From Armatimonadota bacterium (GTDB lineage Bacteria; Armatimonadota; HRBIN16): 64,000 nucleotides of DNA. Positions 8,826-18,530 of the stretch are shown piece by piece. The notes beneath the pieces were generated by a model. The model saw only the letters and a list, made by a program, of their open reading frames with translations, searched no databases and was not told the DNA's origin. Numbering within the stretch: the first letter of the stretch is position 1; every line of letters begins with the position of its first letter. The DNA lies in assembly GCA_963677485.1 (NCBI GenBank), contig OY781964.1, forward strand, positions 4,384,001 to 4,448,000, given 5' to 3'. Made by a program: the position numbers and the translations under genes.

Positions 8826-11800
8826 CTAGTTAGAGTGAAACAGCAGTGTCACGATCTCGTAGGGCCTCAGCTCAAGCGATAGTTTGCCGTCCGTAAGTGG
8901 CAGTGGAGATAGAGCCGCTTCCAGGATATTTGACATGAAGGCTTGATGACATGGGATACATAGGCTCAGACTGCATGATGTGGCGCGCCCATGTGCTTCA
9001 TATAGCCGCAGAATGTAGTCGGAACCCTCTTCGGGCTGGTGTTCGGCCAATTTGAACGCGCTGACCATCACACCGGCCGAATCTAGCTCCAGGCAAGGCT
9101 GGCTCGGTTTGAGTTTGCCTTGGTGTGCCGTGGTCACCGTGGTGATCATTGGCTGGTTGAGCTCTGCAGCTCTGCGGTCTGATCCGGCCTCTTGCCAACT
9201 GCCCTTGTAGGGGTAGATGCTGTAGATTAGCTCATGCATGCCCTCGTCAGGATGGTTGTCTGGCTCATAGCTAGACCTTACCAGCGTTAAGCTTAGGGTA
9301 TTTCCATGAGCACTGTAGCCGTATTTACAGTTATTCATCAGGCTTAAACCATATTCACCATCACCTACATCGGCCCAGCGTAGAGCGGGGCACTCGCGAC
9401 CGTCTGCGGGACGCACAAGCGGTGCAAAGGGTGTTTCAAATGTGGCAACTGAGCTGCCGATGAACGGGGTGAAGGTGGTTTTCAGCATTGGGGCATCTGT
9501 CTTGGCTGTGCCCTGTTCATGCCAGTCGATACTGGTGATGTAGTCCACGCGCGGCATTCCATTGTAGATGCGCATCTTCTGTGACAGTGAGGAGTTCAGG
9601 AAGCTGCGGTTGATGCGGATGGTCGCGAAGACAGGGCCCACCTCTTCAAGCTGCACATCAGCACCAGTGATTAAGTGATCGACACGGGTGATGTCGCCGA
9701 TGTTCCATGCACTCATCGGATGGGGCTGTTCCCATAACACCTGCAGCCGGTTCAACATGCCGCTGGTCAGATTGGCTTCAGGTCCCCAGCCGCCGCCCTG
9801 GCCTGCCAGTTCGTGGCCGTCTGCCTTTAACACCAGGTTGCACAATGCCCCCGAGGCAGGGTTGACTGCCAACTTAAGGTATTCGTTCTCCATACTCAGG
9901 CTGTCTGCGTGAGCGGCTATGTTGCTGGCTGCTTCCGCTTCGGCCATGGGTGTGTATACCTGACAGCCCATGCTGGGTACATTGAGTGCCACAAAATAAA
10001 GCTTGCCATCCGACAGTTGAACCGGGGTGAGGTTCCCATCACTGTCCTTCATTGCCTTCGGTACGAAGCTTAGGCTTGAAGCCTCAATGGTGACCAGGTC
10101 GGTTCGGTTCCAAGCGAGTTGGTTGAAGACCACCAGCTTCTGATTTTGTCCGACACCGGTGTCTATAGCCTGTGCTAGACTACCTGCGGCGTCTGACGAG
10201 GTGCGATTAGCGATCTTGCTCACCATACCGTGGTTTACGGCCGCTTCGTCATAAGTCACTCCAATCGAACAGCCGCAAAGAATGTCGTGGAACTGGTGGA
10301 AGCATGTGATACGCCATGCCTCAGCGAGATCACCAAACGGATACCGAGTGCCCAGTAGTGCAGACGAGGTGGCGCTGATCGTCTCCGCACTGATCAGGCT
10401 GTTCTCTGAGCTGCGGTTCATCAGCTTGATGTCGGCATGGCTGCTGTAACAGCCTTCGAACACGGTGTTCATTTCGCCCTTATGAACAGGCAAATCCGCC
10501 CATAACACCTTGGCCTTATCGAAGAACTCCTGGGATCCTGAGCATACCACTGTTGGCATAAGCGGAGCCGCGTTGATCACACGAGCGTGTTCTATATCGA
10601 CCGCCGTGGCAGCTCCGCCATGGTCACCGGTGCCGTAAACCCAATATGCGAGGGGCGCCTTGAGTTTGGTCGCGAAGTGTTTCATACACTGGACCAACGT
10701 GGTGGGCATCACGTCCCCGCCATAACCGTTGACATCATGTGTAGAGAGCACCTGGCTGCCATCAATACCTTCCCACCGGCTTAGGGGTTCGCCATTTCCA
10801 GCTCGGCAGTGGTAATAGTACTCGACACCCGCCTGAGTGAGTATCTGGGGGATGTTCGCGGGATGCCCAAAGGTATCGGGGCACCAGCAGATTTTTGGCT
10901 TAACTCCAAACTTGTCGCTCATATAAGCGTTGGCGTACAAGAACTGCCGCGCAGTGGCTTCGCTGCCGCTGGTGTTTAGGTCGTTTTCGACCCATTCGCT
11001 GGCGGTCACATCCCAGCGGCCTTCGTCGACACGCTTCTTGATGCCCTGGAAAATCTCCGGATAGTTGCTCTCCATGTCTCGGTAGGTTGCAGCCTGACTT
11101 TGGCTGAACTTAAACTCAGGATAGCGTTCCATCAAAGAAAGCATCGAACTGAAGTCGCGCCGGCACACTTCCACCGTTTCAGCGTAGGGCCATAACCAGT
11201 TCATGTCGATATGGCTGTGCGCTACGAGGTGTATCGTGTGTTCTTTGGCCTTTGCGTTGAGGCACTCCAGGGAGGCGATGGCTGCCTGAGCCGATTGCCA
11301 CCAGGCATCCCAGCGGTTCTCCGTCAAGGCCTGCTGATCCAGAATGGCAACGGCGTTGCCGATCATCTGCTGTTCTTCGGTATTGTCACCAGCCAGGTAT
11401 TGCGCAAACTGGTATTGTGCGATGACCAGAAGCAAACGGAACCGCAGTTCTTCTAGAGCGTGGAAATAGAGACGGGTGTGTAATAGAAGCCCGAAACCAT
11501 CGCCTTGGTTTGCGCAGATGGCCAAATCAAGTGGTTTGCCAGCGTCCAGCTTTTCAGATATCACCAGGGGGATCGCACGGGAATCTGCCCAGCTTAGTTC
11601 TGAGTATCTTTTTTCACCGGAGACATAGAATGAGGCACCGATGGGCATGATGAACTCAAAGCTGAGTTTCGTACCCTCAAGCTGTATACCCTCCACATCT
11701 CTGGGTATGTTCAGTCTTTGCCTGAACCACGCCTGGCCTTGAGCCGACGACCATGTGTAGGCAAGTTTGATCTGCTCCCAGCTACTGATGTCCACGTCAG

Positions 11801-11918
11801 GATGCAGGTTAGCTTCGTCACCACCCATCTGGTGAGCCCAAGAGGGGATGGAGCTTGCGACATCAATGGCGTGTATCTTGCTAATGATGACGTCATGGAT
11901 CGTCTGAAAAGTGACCAT
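8826..11918 (-). CDS. Alpha-mannosidase (GH38)
   Basis: Motifs HSHIDMNWLW, WCPDTFGH, GDHGG, HQFHDILCG, C-terminal LRLYEAHG and LRPYEIVT. Confidence 0.93.
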   Translation of the reverse strand: MVTFQTIHDVIISKIHAIDVASSIPSWAHQMGGDEANLHPDVDISSWEQIKLAYTWSSAQGQAWFRQRLNIPRDVEGIQLEGTKLSFEFIMPIGASFYVSGEKRYSELSWADSRAIPLVISEKLDAGKPLDLAICANQGDGFGLLLHTRLYFHALEELRFRLLLVIAQYQFAQYLAGDNTEEQQMIGNAVAILDQQALTENRWDAWWQSAQAAIASLECLNAKAKEHTIHLVAHSHIDMNWLWPYAETVEVCRRDFSSMLSLMERYPEFKFSQSQAATYRDMESNYPEIFQGIKKRVDEGRWDVTASEWVENDLNTSGSEATARQFLYANAYMSDKFGVKPKICWCPDTFGHPANIPQILTQAGVEYYYHCRAGNGEPLSRWEGIDGSQVLSTHDVNGYGGDVMPTTLVQCMKHFATKLKAPLAYWVYGTGDHGGAATAVDIEHARVINAAPLMPTVVCSGSQEFFDKAKVLWADLPVHKGEMNTVFEGCYSSHADIKLMNRSSENSLISAETISATSSALLGTRYPFGDLAEAWRITCFHQFHDILCGCSIGVTYDEAAVNHGMVSKIANRTSSDAAGSLAQAIDTGVGQNQKLVVFNQLAWNRTDLVTIEASSLSFVPKAMKDSDGNLTPVQLSDGKLYFVALNVPSMGCQVYTPMAEAEAASNIAAHADSLSMENEYLKLAVNPASGALCNLVLKADGHELAGQGGGWGPEANLTSGMLNRLQVLWEQPHPMSAWNIGDITRVDHLITGADVQLEEVGPVFATIRINRSFLNSSLSQKMRIYNGMPRVDYITSIDWHEQGTAKTDAPMLKTTFTPFIGSSVATFETPFAPLVRPADGRECPALRWADVGDGEYGLSLMNNCKYGYSAHGNTLSLTLVRSSYEPDNHPDEGMHELIYSIYPYKGSWQEAGSDRRAAELNQPMITTVTTAHQGKLKPSQPCLELDSAGVMVSAFKLAEHQPEEGSDYILRLYEAHGRATSCSLSLCIPCHQAFMSNILEAALSPLPLTDGKLSLELRPYEIVTLLFHSN

Positions 11919-11953
11919 TCTAGAATTCTCCGATTAGATCTGTCGTTGGTGAC

Positions 11954-12349
11954 TTATTTGGCTGGTTTTAGGATACTTTTCTGTCCGTCGGCGGCCACGA
12001 TTTCAACTGCACCACCGCCGATTGTGGTTAACACTACTGAGCTTTCCTTGCTGAGCAGGTTCATGGAGACGATGTTTTTGCCGTCTGACTGATCACGTGT
12101 TGTGATCGTAAAGGCTGTTTTCCCTTTACCGTCGTAGCAGAACATGCGGAAACCGTCCTCTGACGCGGTTAGCTCAGACCGAGTGACTCCGTTTGGGTCC
12201 ACAAGCTCTAGTTTCTGTGCGCGTAGAGTGGTGCCTACTTTCGCCCCAGAGATCGCTCTGTGGCTGCCGGCAGTCAGTATGGCGATACTGGCCAGGCCTA
12301 TTGCGGCGATAAGGAGATGTTTCGAATTGATCGTGATCGTGATATTCAT
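11954..12349 (-). CDS. Small membrane-anchored/secreted hypothetical protein
   Basis: GGAGG RBS before ATG at 12349; hydrophobic N-terminal stretch followed by beta-rich domain. Confidence 0.65.
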   Translation of the reverse strand: MNITITINSKHLLIAAIGLASIAILTAGSHRAISGAKVGTTLRAQKLELVDPNGVTRSELTASEDGFRMFCYDGKGKTAFTITTRDQSDGKNIVSMNLLSKESSVVLTTIGGGAVEIVAADGQKSILKPAK

Positions 12350-12404
12350 CGGGATAGCCTCCATGAAATGCGTATTTTGTAGTTATAGTTTTCTACATCA
12401 GTGT

Positions 12405-12428
12405 CCTTGCTTCCTGCAAGAAGCAAGG
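12405..12428 (-). terminator. Hairpin downstream of URO-D-like gene
   Basis: CCTTGCTTC-CTGCAA-GAAGCAAGG. Confidence 0.45.
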
Positions 12429-12446
12429 TGATTGCGGAAATATCGA

Positions 12447-13466
12447 CTAACACCCTGCGATGACCAAGCGGTTTCCGCCGGTGATATCAATGGCATTAGC
12501 GGTTGTGATGCCCTGACAGGGGCTGAAGTATATGATCTGGTCATCCCTCAAGCCATGATAATAGAGCTCCAGTTCCTCAGCCGCTTTATCGTTAAGCTGC
12601 ACAGCATGCAAGCTTGGCATATGTTGCCAGGTAGGCATGTGTTGAGCATGGCTTCCGCATAGATGGATCATGCCGCCATGCGGGTATACACTCAGCAACT
12701 CATCATCCAGCGGAGCGATATACTTGCGATACAGCTCGCCTGATACAAGCTGAGTGGTGCATCCGCAGAGTTGACCATATCCTGGCGGTTGCGTGCGATG
12801 TCCTGAAACCACCGGTTGAAGCTGCTTTATGGGTATATTCTGTAGATACCAGCGATGCAGGCTGCAGAGAAGATCGTTGATGATCTGAAGGTCATGAACT
12901 GCGTCTTCTGGCTCATCATATAGTGCGAGCAGAATCTTTTCGCCATATAGGTTGACTGCGATATTCAGGCTGCTGGCGATAGTGGGCAGGCCGAAAAACG
13001 GCAGCTCATGCTTTTGATTTGTGAATGCACTGGCAGCACGTCGGGCCAGTAACCAGGTTTCGTTGGTTTCCAAATCGGGCATGGTTAGCTTGCCAATGGG
13101 GGTATCGAGGTAGTGTGAGTACCATTGGCCATCTTTATGGAAGACATCCGCTCCCAGCATCTTGTCGATGAAGTGAACTCCGTATGGGCCATATTCGATA
13201 CACAACGGTCGAAATACATTGTCATCCAACATCACATCGGCGGAAGCCGCAAGACGATCAAAGCACTTCTCTACCCATAGCTCAGGGTGTTGGTATGGAT
13301 CGACATCGGATACACCATAAACCCCATCCAGCCTAAATGGAAGGCCTGAGTACGTTCCGTTGTAGATGCTTGTCAACTTGCTTATGTGGTGGTCGCGTAT
13401 GTCCAGTAAACGAGGCTGTTCAAGCCTATTTCTAGTGGCTTTGCTTATCATGTGTGATCTGTCCAT
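12447..13466 (-). CDS. Uroporphyrinogen decarboxylase / MtaA-CmuA methyltransferase superfamily protein
   Basis: C-terminal 'VSGELYRKYIAPLD...GGMIHLCGS' (H-x-C-G metal motif) typical of URO-D/CIMS-like barrels; true start probably 13466 or 13451 (ORF track extension is antisense to tatD). Confidence 0.65.
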   Translation of the reverse strand: MDRSHMISKATRNRLEQPRLLDIRDHHISKLTSIYNGTYSGLPFRLDGVYGVSDVDPYQHPELWVEKCFDRLAASADVMLDDNVFRPLCIEYGPYGVHFIDKMLGADVFHKDGQWYSHYLDTPIGKLTMPDLETNETWLLARRAASAFTNQKHELPFFGLPTIASSLNIAVNLYGEKILLALYDEPEDAVHDLQIINDLLCSLHRWYLQNIPIKQLQPVVSGHRTQPPGYGQLCGCTTQLVSGELYRKYIAPLDDELLSVYPHGGMIHLCGSHAQHMPTWQHMPSLHAVQLNDKAAEELELYYHGLRDDQIIYFSPCQGITTANAIDITGGNRLVIAGC

Positions 13467-13550
13467 GGGTATGATTGATAATATAGTATGGTGTGCCGAT
13501 GGTGTTCCCCTTATATTATGAACTATCGTGCTCAAAGGAACGCGATCGAT

Positions 13551-14375
13551 ATGAACAATACAGACAATTGGAGCCAGGGGTTCATAGATACGCATGTACA
13601 CTTGGCAGACATCGTCCATGAGGTGGATTTGGCCCCGGTGATCGAAGCCTGCTGTGCCGCGGGGATAAGCTGCCAATATAACATGGGGACCTGTGCGGAC
13701 GATTGGTCTACTGTGATGGATATCGCCAGTCAATATCCCAACACGCGTCCGTTTATAGGGCTTCATCCGTGGTATGCTGATCGGCTTGGTGACAGTATGG
13801 ATCAGTTGTCTGAGTTCTGGGAGAGTGGTCATATTGGGGTGGGGGAGATCGGGCTCGATAAGCTGCGTGGGCCTGATATCGAGACACAGGTCGCATGTTT
13901 TCGATGGCAACTCGAAGCGGGGCTGCGGCTCAACCGGCCGGTCAGCGTCCATTGTGTGCGGATGTGGGGCAAGATGGTGGAGATTCTGTCCGAGTACGCT
14001 CCATTGAATCGTCGTGTGGCCATCCATGCCTATGGCGGATCGGCAGATACGGCTCGTCAATTGGTGGAGATGGGTGTGATGGTGAGTATTTGCGGTACGG
14101 TGTTCTGTGAGGACCGGCTGCGGTTGAGAAACGCGGTGTGCAGTATTCCGGATAACTACATTTTGCTGGAGACCGATGCTCCTGCACTGATGCCGCAGCC
14201 GGGGTTAGTGTCGCACCATTTAGATTTTCTTGATGGCAGGTCGTATAACCACCCTGCTAATCTGGTTGATATAGCTCAATGTGTGGCGGGTTTGCGAGAT
14301 ACCAATGTGGGTGATTTGACGGTTTTAACGGCGCATAACAGCTATGAGTTTTTCACAGGTGATACAAATGCATGA
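13551..14375 (+). CDS. TatD-family hydrolase
   Basis: IDTHVHL, GLHPW, GEIGLD, VHC, IHAYGG, LLETDAP; AAAGGA RBS before ATG 13551. Confidence 0.92.
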   Translation: MNNTDNWSQGFIDTHVHLADIVHEVDLAPVIEACCAAGISCQYNMGTCADDWSTVMDIASQYPNTRPFIGLHPWYADRLGDSMDQLSEFWESGHIGVGEIGLDKLRGPDIETQVACFRWQLEAGLRLNRPVSVHCVRMWGKMVEILSEYAPLNRRVAIHAYGGSADTARQLVEMGVMVSICGTVFCEDRLRLRNAVCSIPDNYILLETDAPALMPQPGLVSHHLDFLDGRSYNHPANLVDIAQCVAGLRDTNVGDLTVLTAHNSYEFFTGDTNA

Positions 14376-15108
14376 CGAACGGTTAAAACGAACGCGTCTA
14401 TTACTAGGGGTTGACGGTATCGATAAGCTGGAGCAAGCGCATGTGGTGGTTGTAGGGCTGGGTGCTGTCGGTGGATATGCCCTAGAGGGGCTTGTGCGAA
14501 GCGGGATTGGCCGGCTTACCCTTGTGGATTTTGATGTGGTGGCCGAAAGCAACATCAACAGGCAGATTCTTGCCACGAGTGATACCATTGGCAGCCCCAA
14601 AGTTGAGGTGGCCAAGCAACGTATACATTCCATCAACCCCGATTGCAGGGTGGAGCTGATCAGGGGGTTCCTTGACGAGGCAATGGCGGAACAACTGTGC
14701 GCCTTGAAGCCCGACTACCTGGTTGATGCGATTGATGCACTCAACAGCAAGGTGAACCTGCTGGTCTGTTGTACCAATCACAAGACGCCTGTAGTCAGCA
14801 GCATGGGGGCGGCATTACGGCGTGACCCGCAGAAGGTCCGTATCGGGAGGCTGCTGGATATACACCACTGTCCACTTGGCAAGTCGGTAAGGCAGCGTAT
14901 GCGTCGACGGGATATAGATATCGACTGGGTGGAGTGCGTCTATTCGACTGAGCCTTTGCCTAACCCGCTGCCCTTGGCTGAACCTGAGCCCAACTCAGAG
15001 GATAGAGGGCGGCTGAGAAATACCCTGGGCAGCATGAGCACCATCACCGGTATTTTTGGACTGACTATCGCTAACCAGGTGATACTTCAGATCACCTCAT
15101 CACAGTGA
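14368..15108 (+). CDS. tcdA: tRNA threonylcarbamoyladenosine dehydratase (ThiF/E1-like)
   Basis: RTRLLLG, GLGAVG, DFDVVAESNINRQ, DAID, SSMGAA, DP, CPL, VYSTE. Confidence 0.88.
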   Translation: MHDERLKRTRLLLGVDGIDKLEQAHVVVVGLGAVGGYALEGLVRSGIGRLTLVDFDVVAESNINRQILATSDTIGSPKVEVAKQRIHSINPDCRVELIRGFLDEAMAEQLCALKPDYLVDAIDALNSKVNLLVCCTNHKTPVVSSMGAALRRDPQKVRIGRLLDIHHCPLGKSVRQRMRRRDIDIDWVECVYSTEPLPNPLPLAEPEPNSEDRGRLRNTLGSMSTITGIFGLTIANQVILQITSSQ

Positions 15109-15173
15109 TATTAGTCGACCGATCTTTACAAATATTCACTACCTGCTGATCCCCACGACGTATTTGGCAGGGT

Positions 15174-18100
15174 TCACATATCACTGCTGCGCTTGTTATC
15201 CAATGTCGCCCTGACCAACTGCGCAAGTGATTCATTGGTAAACGGCTTCTGTAGAAATGCTGCATCGTCATCAAGTATGCCATTGTTCGCAATGACATCA
15301 GCCGTATATCCTGACATATAGATTGTTTTGATCGATGGGCGAATATGACGAATTCTATCGTGCAGCTCTTTACCATTCATAACCGGCATGACGACATCTG
15401 TGATAAGGAGGTCTATCCCATCACTGTAACTCTCAGCGATCGATATCGCCTTGTGTGGTTTTGAGGAAGAAAGGACCTGGTATCCGAGCCGTGACAATAT
15501 GGACTCCGCAAGCTGTAAAACCGCCGTTTCATCTTCTACGATCAGTACCGTTTCGTGACCTGTATAGTCAGTAATATGCGGTATCTCAGCCACTTCGATG
15601 GCTGATTCTTGGTTATACCTGGGTATATAGATATTGAAAGTCGATCCACAGCCTGGCTTACTTTTCACGCCAACCATACCACGATTCTGTTTGATAATGC
15701 CATAAACTGTAGCAAGTCCCAGGCCGGTTCCGCGCCCGGACGGTTTGGTGGTGAAGAACGGCTCAAACAGGTTTGTGATGGTGGCATCGTCCATGCCGAT
15801 TCCATTGTCGATGACCTGTATTTTCGCATAATCTCCAGGGACGAAATCTGTGTGAAGGTCACTTTCGGGCTCTTCGAGTGTGCATTGGCAGGTGCTGATC
15901 GTGACATGACCACCGGTGGGTAACGCATCCTTGGCGTTCACAAGCAGGTTGGCCAGTATTTGGTCCAACTGCGAGTTATCCATATGGATCCATAAGGGGC
16001 CAATACAGGGTGTCCATATGAGATTTATGTGTTCGCCAAGCAGCCGTCGAAGCATGTTGAGCATCTGTGGGATAATGCTGTTGACATCAAGAACCTTCGG
16101 GGTGATCACCTGGTTTCTTGAAAATGCAAGTAGCTGGTTAGTGAGTTCTGCTGAACGCTGGCCGGCTTTATGAATCTCATTGATATCATCATAGATTGGG
16201 TCGGAGGGGGAGAGCTGCTTCATGGCGATATCGGCATACCCAAGAATGACGCTCAGCATGTTATTGAAGTCATGCGCCACGCCTCCCGCAAGCCGACCTA
16301 TTGCATCCATTTTTTGAACCTGCCTAAGCTGCAGTTCCATCGCAGCGCGTTGGTTTTCGGCTGTTTTTGCTTCAATCATGTATCCGATGAGCTGTGCAGC
16401 AGAGTGTAGACGTTGTTTGGCCATTTCTACTATGTATGTTGGACGAGTGTCATATGCGGCTGCTTCCTTCTGAAGCTCACTCAAGTCGAGTTTGAGATCA
16501 TCAGCTAGTTTCGTCAGCACCTCGATGTCTCTCGGAGGGTCACCATACCCCATGCAGATAGCACCTATGGCTTGACTGCTGGCAAACACGGGAACACTAA
16601 AAACCTGCAATCCGCACCTGCATGGTGCATCCTGAGGTTGACCAGTCTTCATCGTTTGACGCGATACCATACGAATGTTAAAGCTGCAGACACCCATATT
16701 CGGCGCATCTTGATGCATCCGGCTGGCTGGGATGGTGTTGATCAGACGTGACCAACCTGATGCGATGGCATTCAGCACGCAAGCACCGGAATCTTCGTAG
16801 ATGGTGATCGAGGTGCCAAGTAAATCGAGCACATCGCTGACGATTGCCACTAAGGTATGGTGCGAAATCGAGCGTGTGATGATTCCAGATTGGTCGCCCC
16901 CATTCTCATCGGATGGGTATGGCTCATGTTCATACTGTTGGCCGGTCGGTTGTTTAGATAGCATCCATTCGATGCGTTTTAGCCGCTCTTCTGCCTGCTT
17001 TCGTTCGGTGACATCAATGAAAACTGTAGAAAAATAACCAGGACGCGGGCAGCCGACCGTGACTTGCAGGTGCTTATTCCCAGGTGCGAAATAGCCTTCA
17101 AAACTGCCAGGATACCCAGTTTTGGCCACTTTTGCATAGATGCCGAAAAATGGGATATCGGTGGAGCCATAAACCTCAGAGGCCCGTTTACCGACGACAT
17201 CGGAGATGTCGACACCAAGAATCCGGCCGAAGGCTGGATTCGCTTCCCATATGCGGTAATCAACAGCGATACCGTCTTCATATAAAACTTCATTAAGACA
17301 GCTTCCAGATGCCATGTTTTCGAATAATGCCCGGTACTTTTGTTCACTGTCCCGTAGTTGCTGCTCCGCGAGGCGCTCACTTGTCTGATCATGAAACACC
17401 AGAACCACACCGGTCACTTCGCCAGCCTGGTTGCGAATGGGGGCTCCACTATCTGCGATGGCCCTCTGTGTTCCGTCTTTGGCGATCAACAATGTGTGGT
17501 TAGCAAGCCCGACGACTGTACCTTCTTTCATGACACGTACCGACGGGTCTTCGACCGGGGCTAGTGTTTCTTCGCTGATGACGTTGAAAACCTCGGTGAG
17601 TTTCCGTCCATGTGCTTCATCAAATGTCCAGTCGGTCAGGGATTCGGCGACACTATTCATCAGCAGTATGTGGCCCGATGCGTCTGTGGTTATGACCGCA
17701 TCTCCGATGCTGTATAGAGTAGTGCGGAACTGTTCGCGGCTTTCAGATATCTCTTTCATGTATCGGTCATTTGTGAGTTGATCCGACAGTATTTTTCCGA
17801 CCAAAATCGTGGCCAGCGGATATATCAGTATCACGGGCAGAGCTATTTCACTAAGTGCTTTCATTGCGACACCAAACGGCAGTGTCAACATAAGAATCAG
17901 CATGAAGATATGCACGACGATACCGAATTTCCACAAGGTGATAAGTCTAAACTGCTGGGCTTTGTGTTGTAGGTTGTAGTGATACATCAAGCCTATAAGA
18001 GACGATGAAAGTATTACAGAGATACCTGTGAGTGTCCCAATACCTCCTTGGAAATACCGCAGCACGATGGCAATGGTGGAGGTAATACCCACAGCGACGG

Positions 18101-18329
18101 GACCGAAAAACAAGGCGCAAAGACTGATAATGACAGAACGCCCATCGAAGAACAGTCCGGGGGTGATCTCAAGGGGCTTGATCATGCCTATTACGACAGT
18201 CACGCCGAATAGAAGGCCCTGAAGCAGTTCATGGCGGGTGCTGCTGGAGGAGTTCCTCCTAATGAACCCGGAGACTATGCTTAATGCGATTAACAGGGCA
18301 AGGTTATAAATCAAGTCCAGATAGATCAT
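15174..18329 (-). CDS. Hybrid sensor histidine kinase (5TM-LytS-type membrane domain, 2 PAS, PocR-like, HisKA, HATPase, REC)
   Basis: N-terminal TM helices with 'GLFFDGR'; PAS 'SIGDAVITTD'; H-box GRLAGGVAHDFNN; FEPFFTTK, GTGLGL; receiver LIVEDE/DVVMP/FLQKPF. Confidence 0.92.
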   Translation of the reverse strand: MIYLDLIYNLALLIALSIVSGFIRRNSSSSTRHELLQGLLFGVTVVIGMIKPLEITPGLFFDGRSVIISLCALFFGPVAVGITSTIAIVLRYFQGGIGTLTGISVILSSSLIGLMYHYNLQHKAQQFRLITLWKFGIVVHIFMLILMLTLPFGVAMKALSEIALPVILIYPLATILVGKILSDQLTNDRYMKEISESREQFRTTLYSIGDAVITTDASGHILLMNSVAESLTDWTFDEAHGRKLTEVFNVISEETLAPVEDPSVRVMKEGTVVGLANHTLLIAKDGTQRAIADSGAPIRNQAGEVTGVVLVFHDQTSERLAEQQLRDSEQKYRALFENMASGSCLNEVLYEDGIAVDYRIWEANPAFGRILGVDISDVVGKRASEVYGSTDIPFFGIYAKVAKTGYPGSFEGYFAPGNKHLQVTVGCPRPGYFSTVFIDVTERKQAEERLKRIEWMLSKQPTGQQYEHEPYPSDENGGDQSGIITRSISHHTLVAIVSDVLDLLGTSITIYEDSGACVLNAIASGWSRLINTIPASRMHQDAPNMGVCSFNIRMVSRQTMKTGQPQDAPCRCGLQVFSVPVFASSQAIGAICMGYGDPPRDIEVLTKLADDLKLDLSELQKEAAAYDTRPTYIVEMAKQRLHSAAQLIGYMIEAKTAENQRAAMELQLRQVQKMDAIGRLAGGVAHDFNNMLSVILGYADIAMKQLSPSDPIYDDINEIHKAGQRSAELTNQLLAFSRNQVITPKVLDVNSIIPQMLNMLRRLLGEHINLIWTPCIGPLWIHMDNSQLDQILANLLVNAKDALPTGGHVTISTCQCTLEEPESDLHTDFVPGDYAKIQVIDNGIGMDDATITNLFEPFFTTKPSGRGTGLGLATVYGIIKQNRGMVGVKSKPGCGSTFNIYIPRYNQESAIEVAEIPHITDYTGHETVLIVEDETAVLQLAESILSRLGYQVLSSSKPHKAISIAESYSDGIDLLITDVVMPVMNGKELHDRIRHIRPSIKTIYMSGYTADVIANNGILDDDAAFLQKPFTNESLAQLVRATLDNKRSSDM

Positions 18330-18530
18330 GTCATCTTCTCTTTTCGGCGTGATATCGCATGGCAGGCGTTATCAATGTTGTAGAAGCCAGGCACAAGGGT
18401 GTGCGGAATCAGCACTGTGCATAAACACCATTCCACATTCAGCATGACACAAACATCACATATCGTAAAGTGCCGTCAGGTACACCATCTATATCCTCAT
18501 TCAGTGCAGGAACAGCCACATACGCGGTGA

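Noticed and set aside
13467-14060. N-terminal 198-aa extension of the 537-aa minus-strand ORF
   Set aside because: It is the antisense shadow of tatD; the URO-D-like protein plausibly starts at 13466 or 13451
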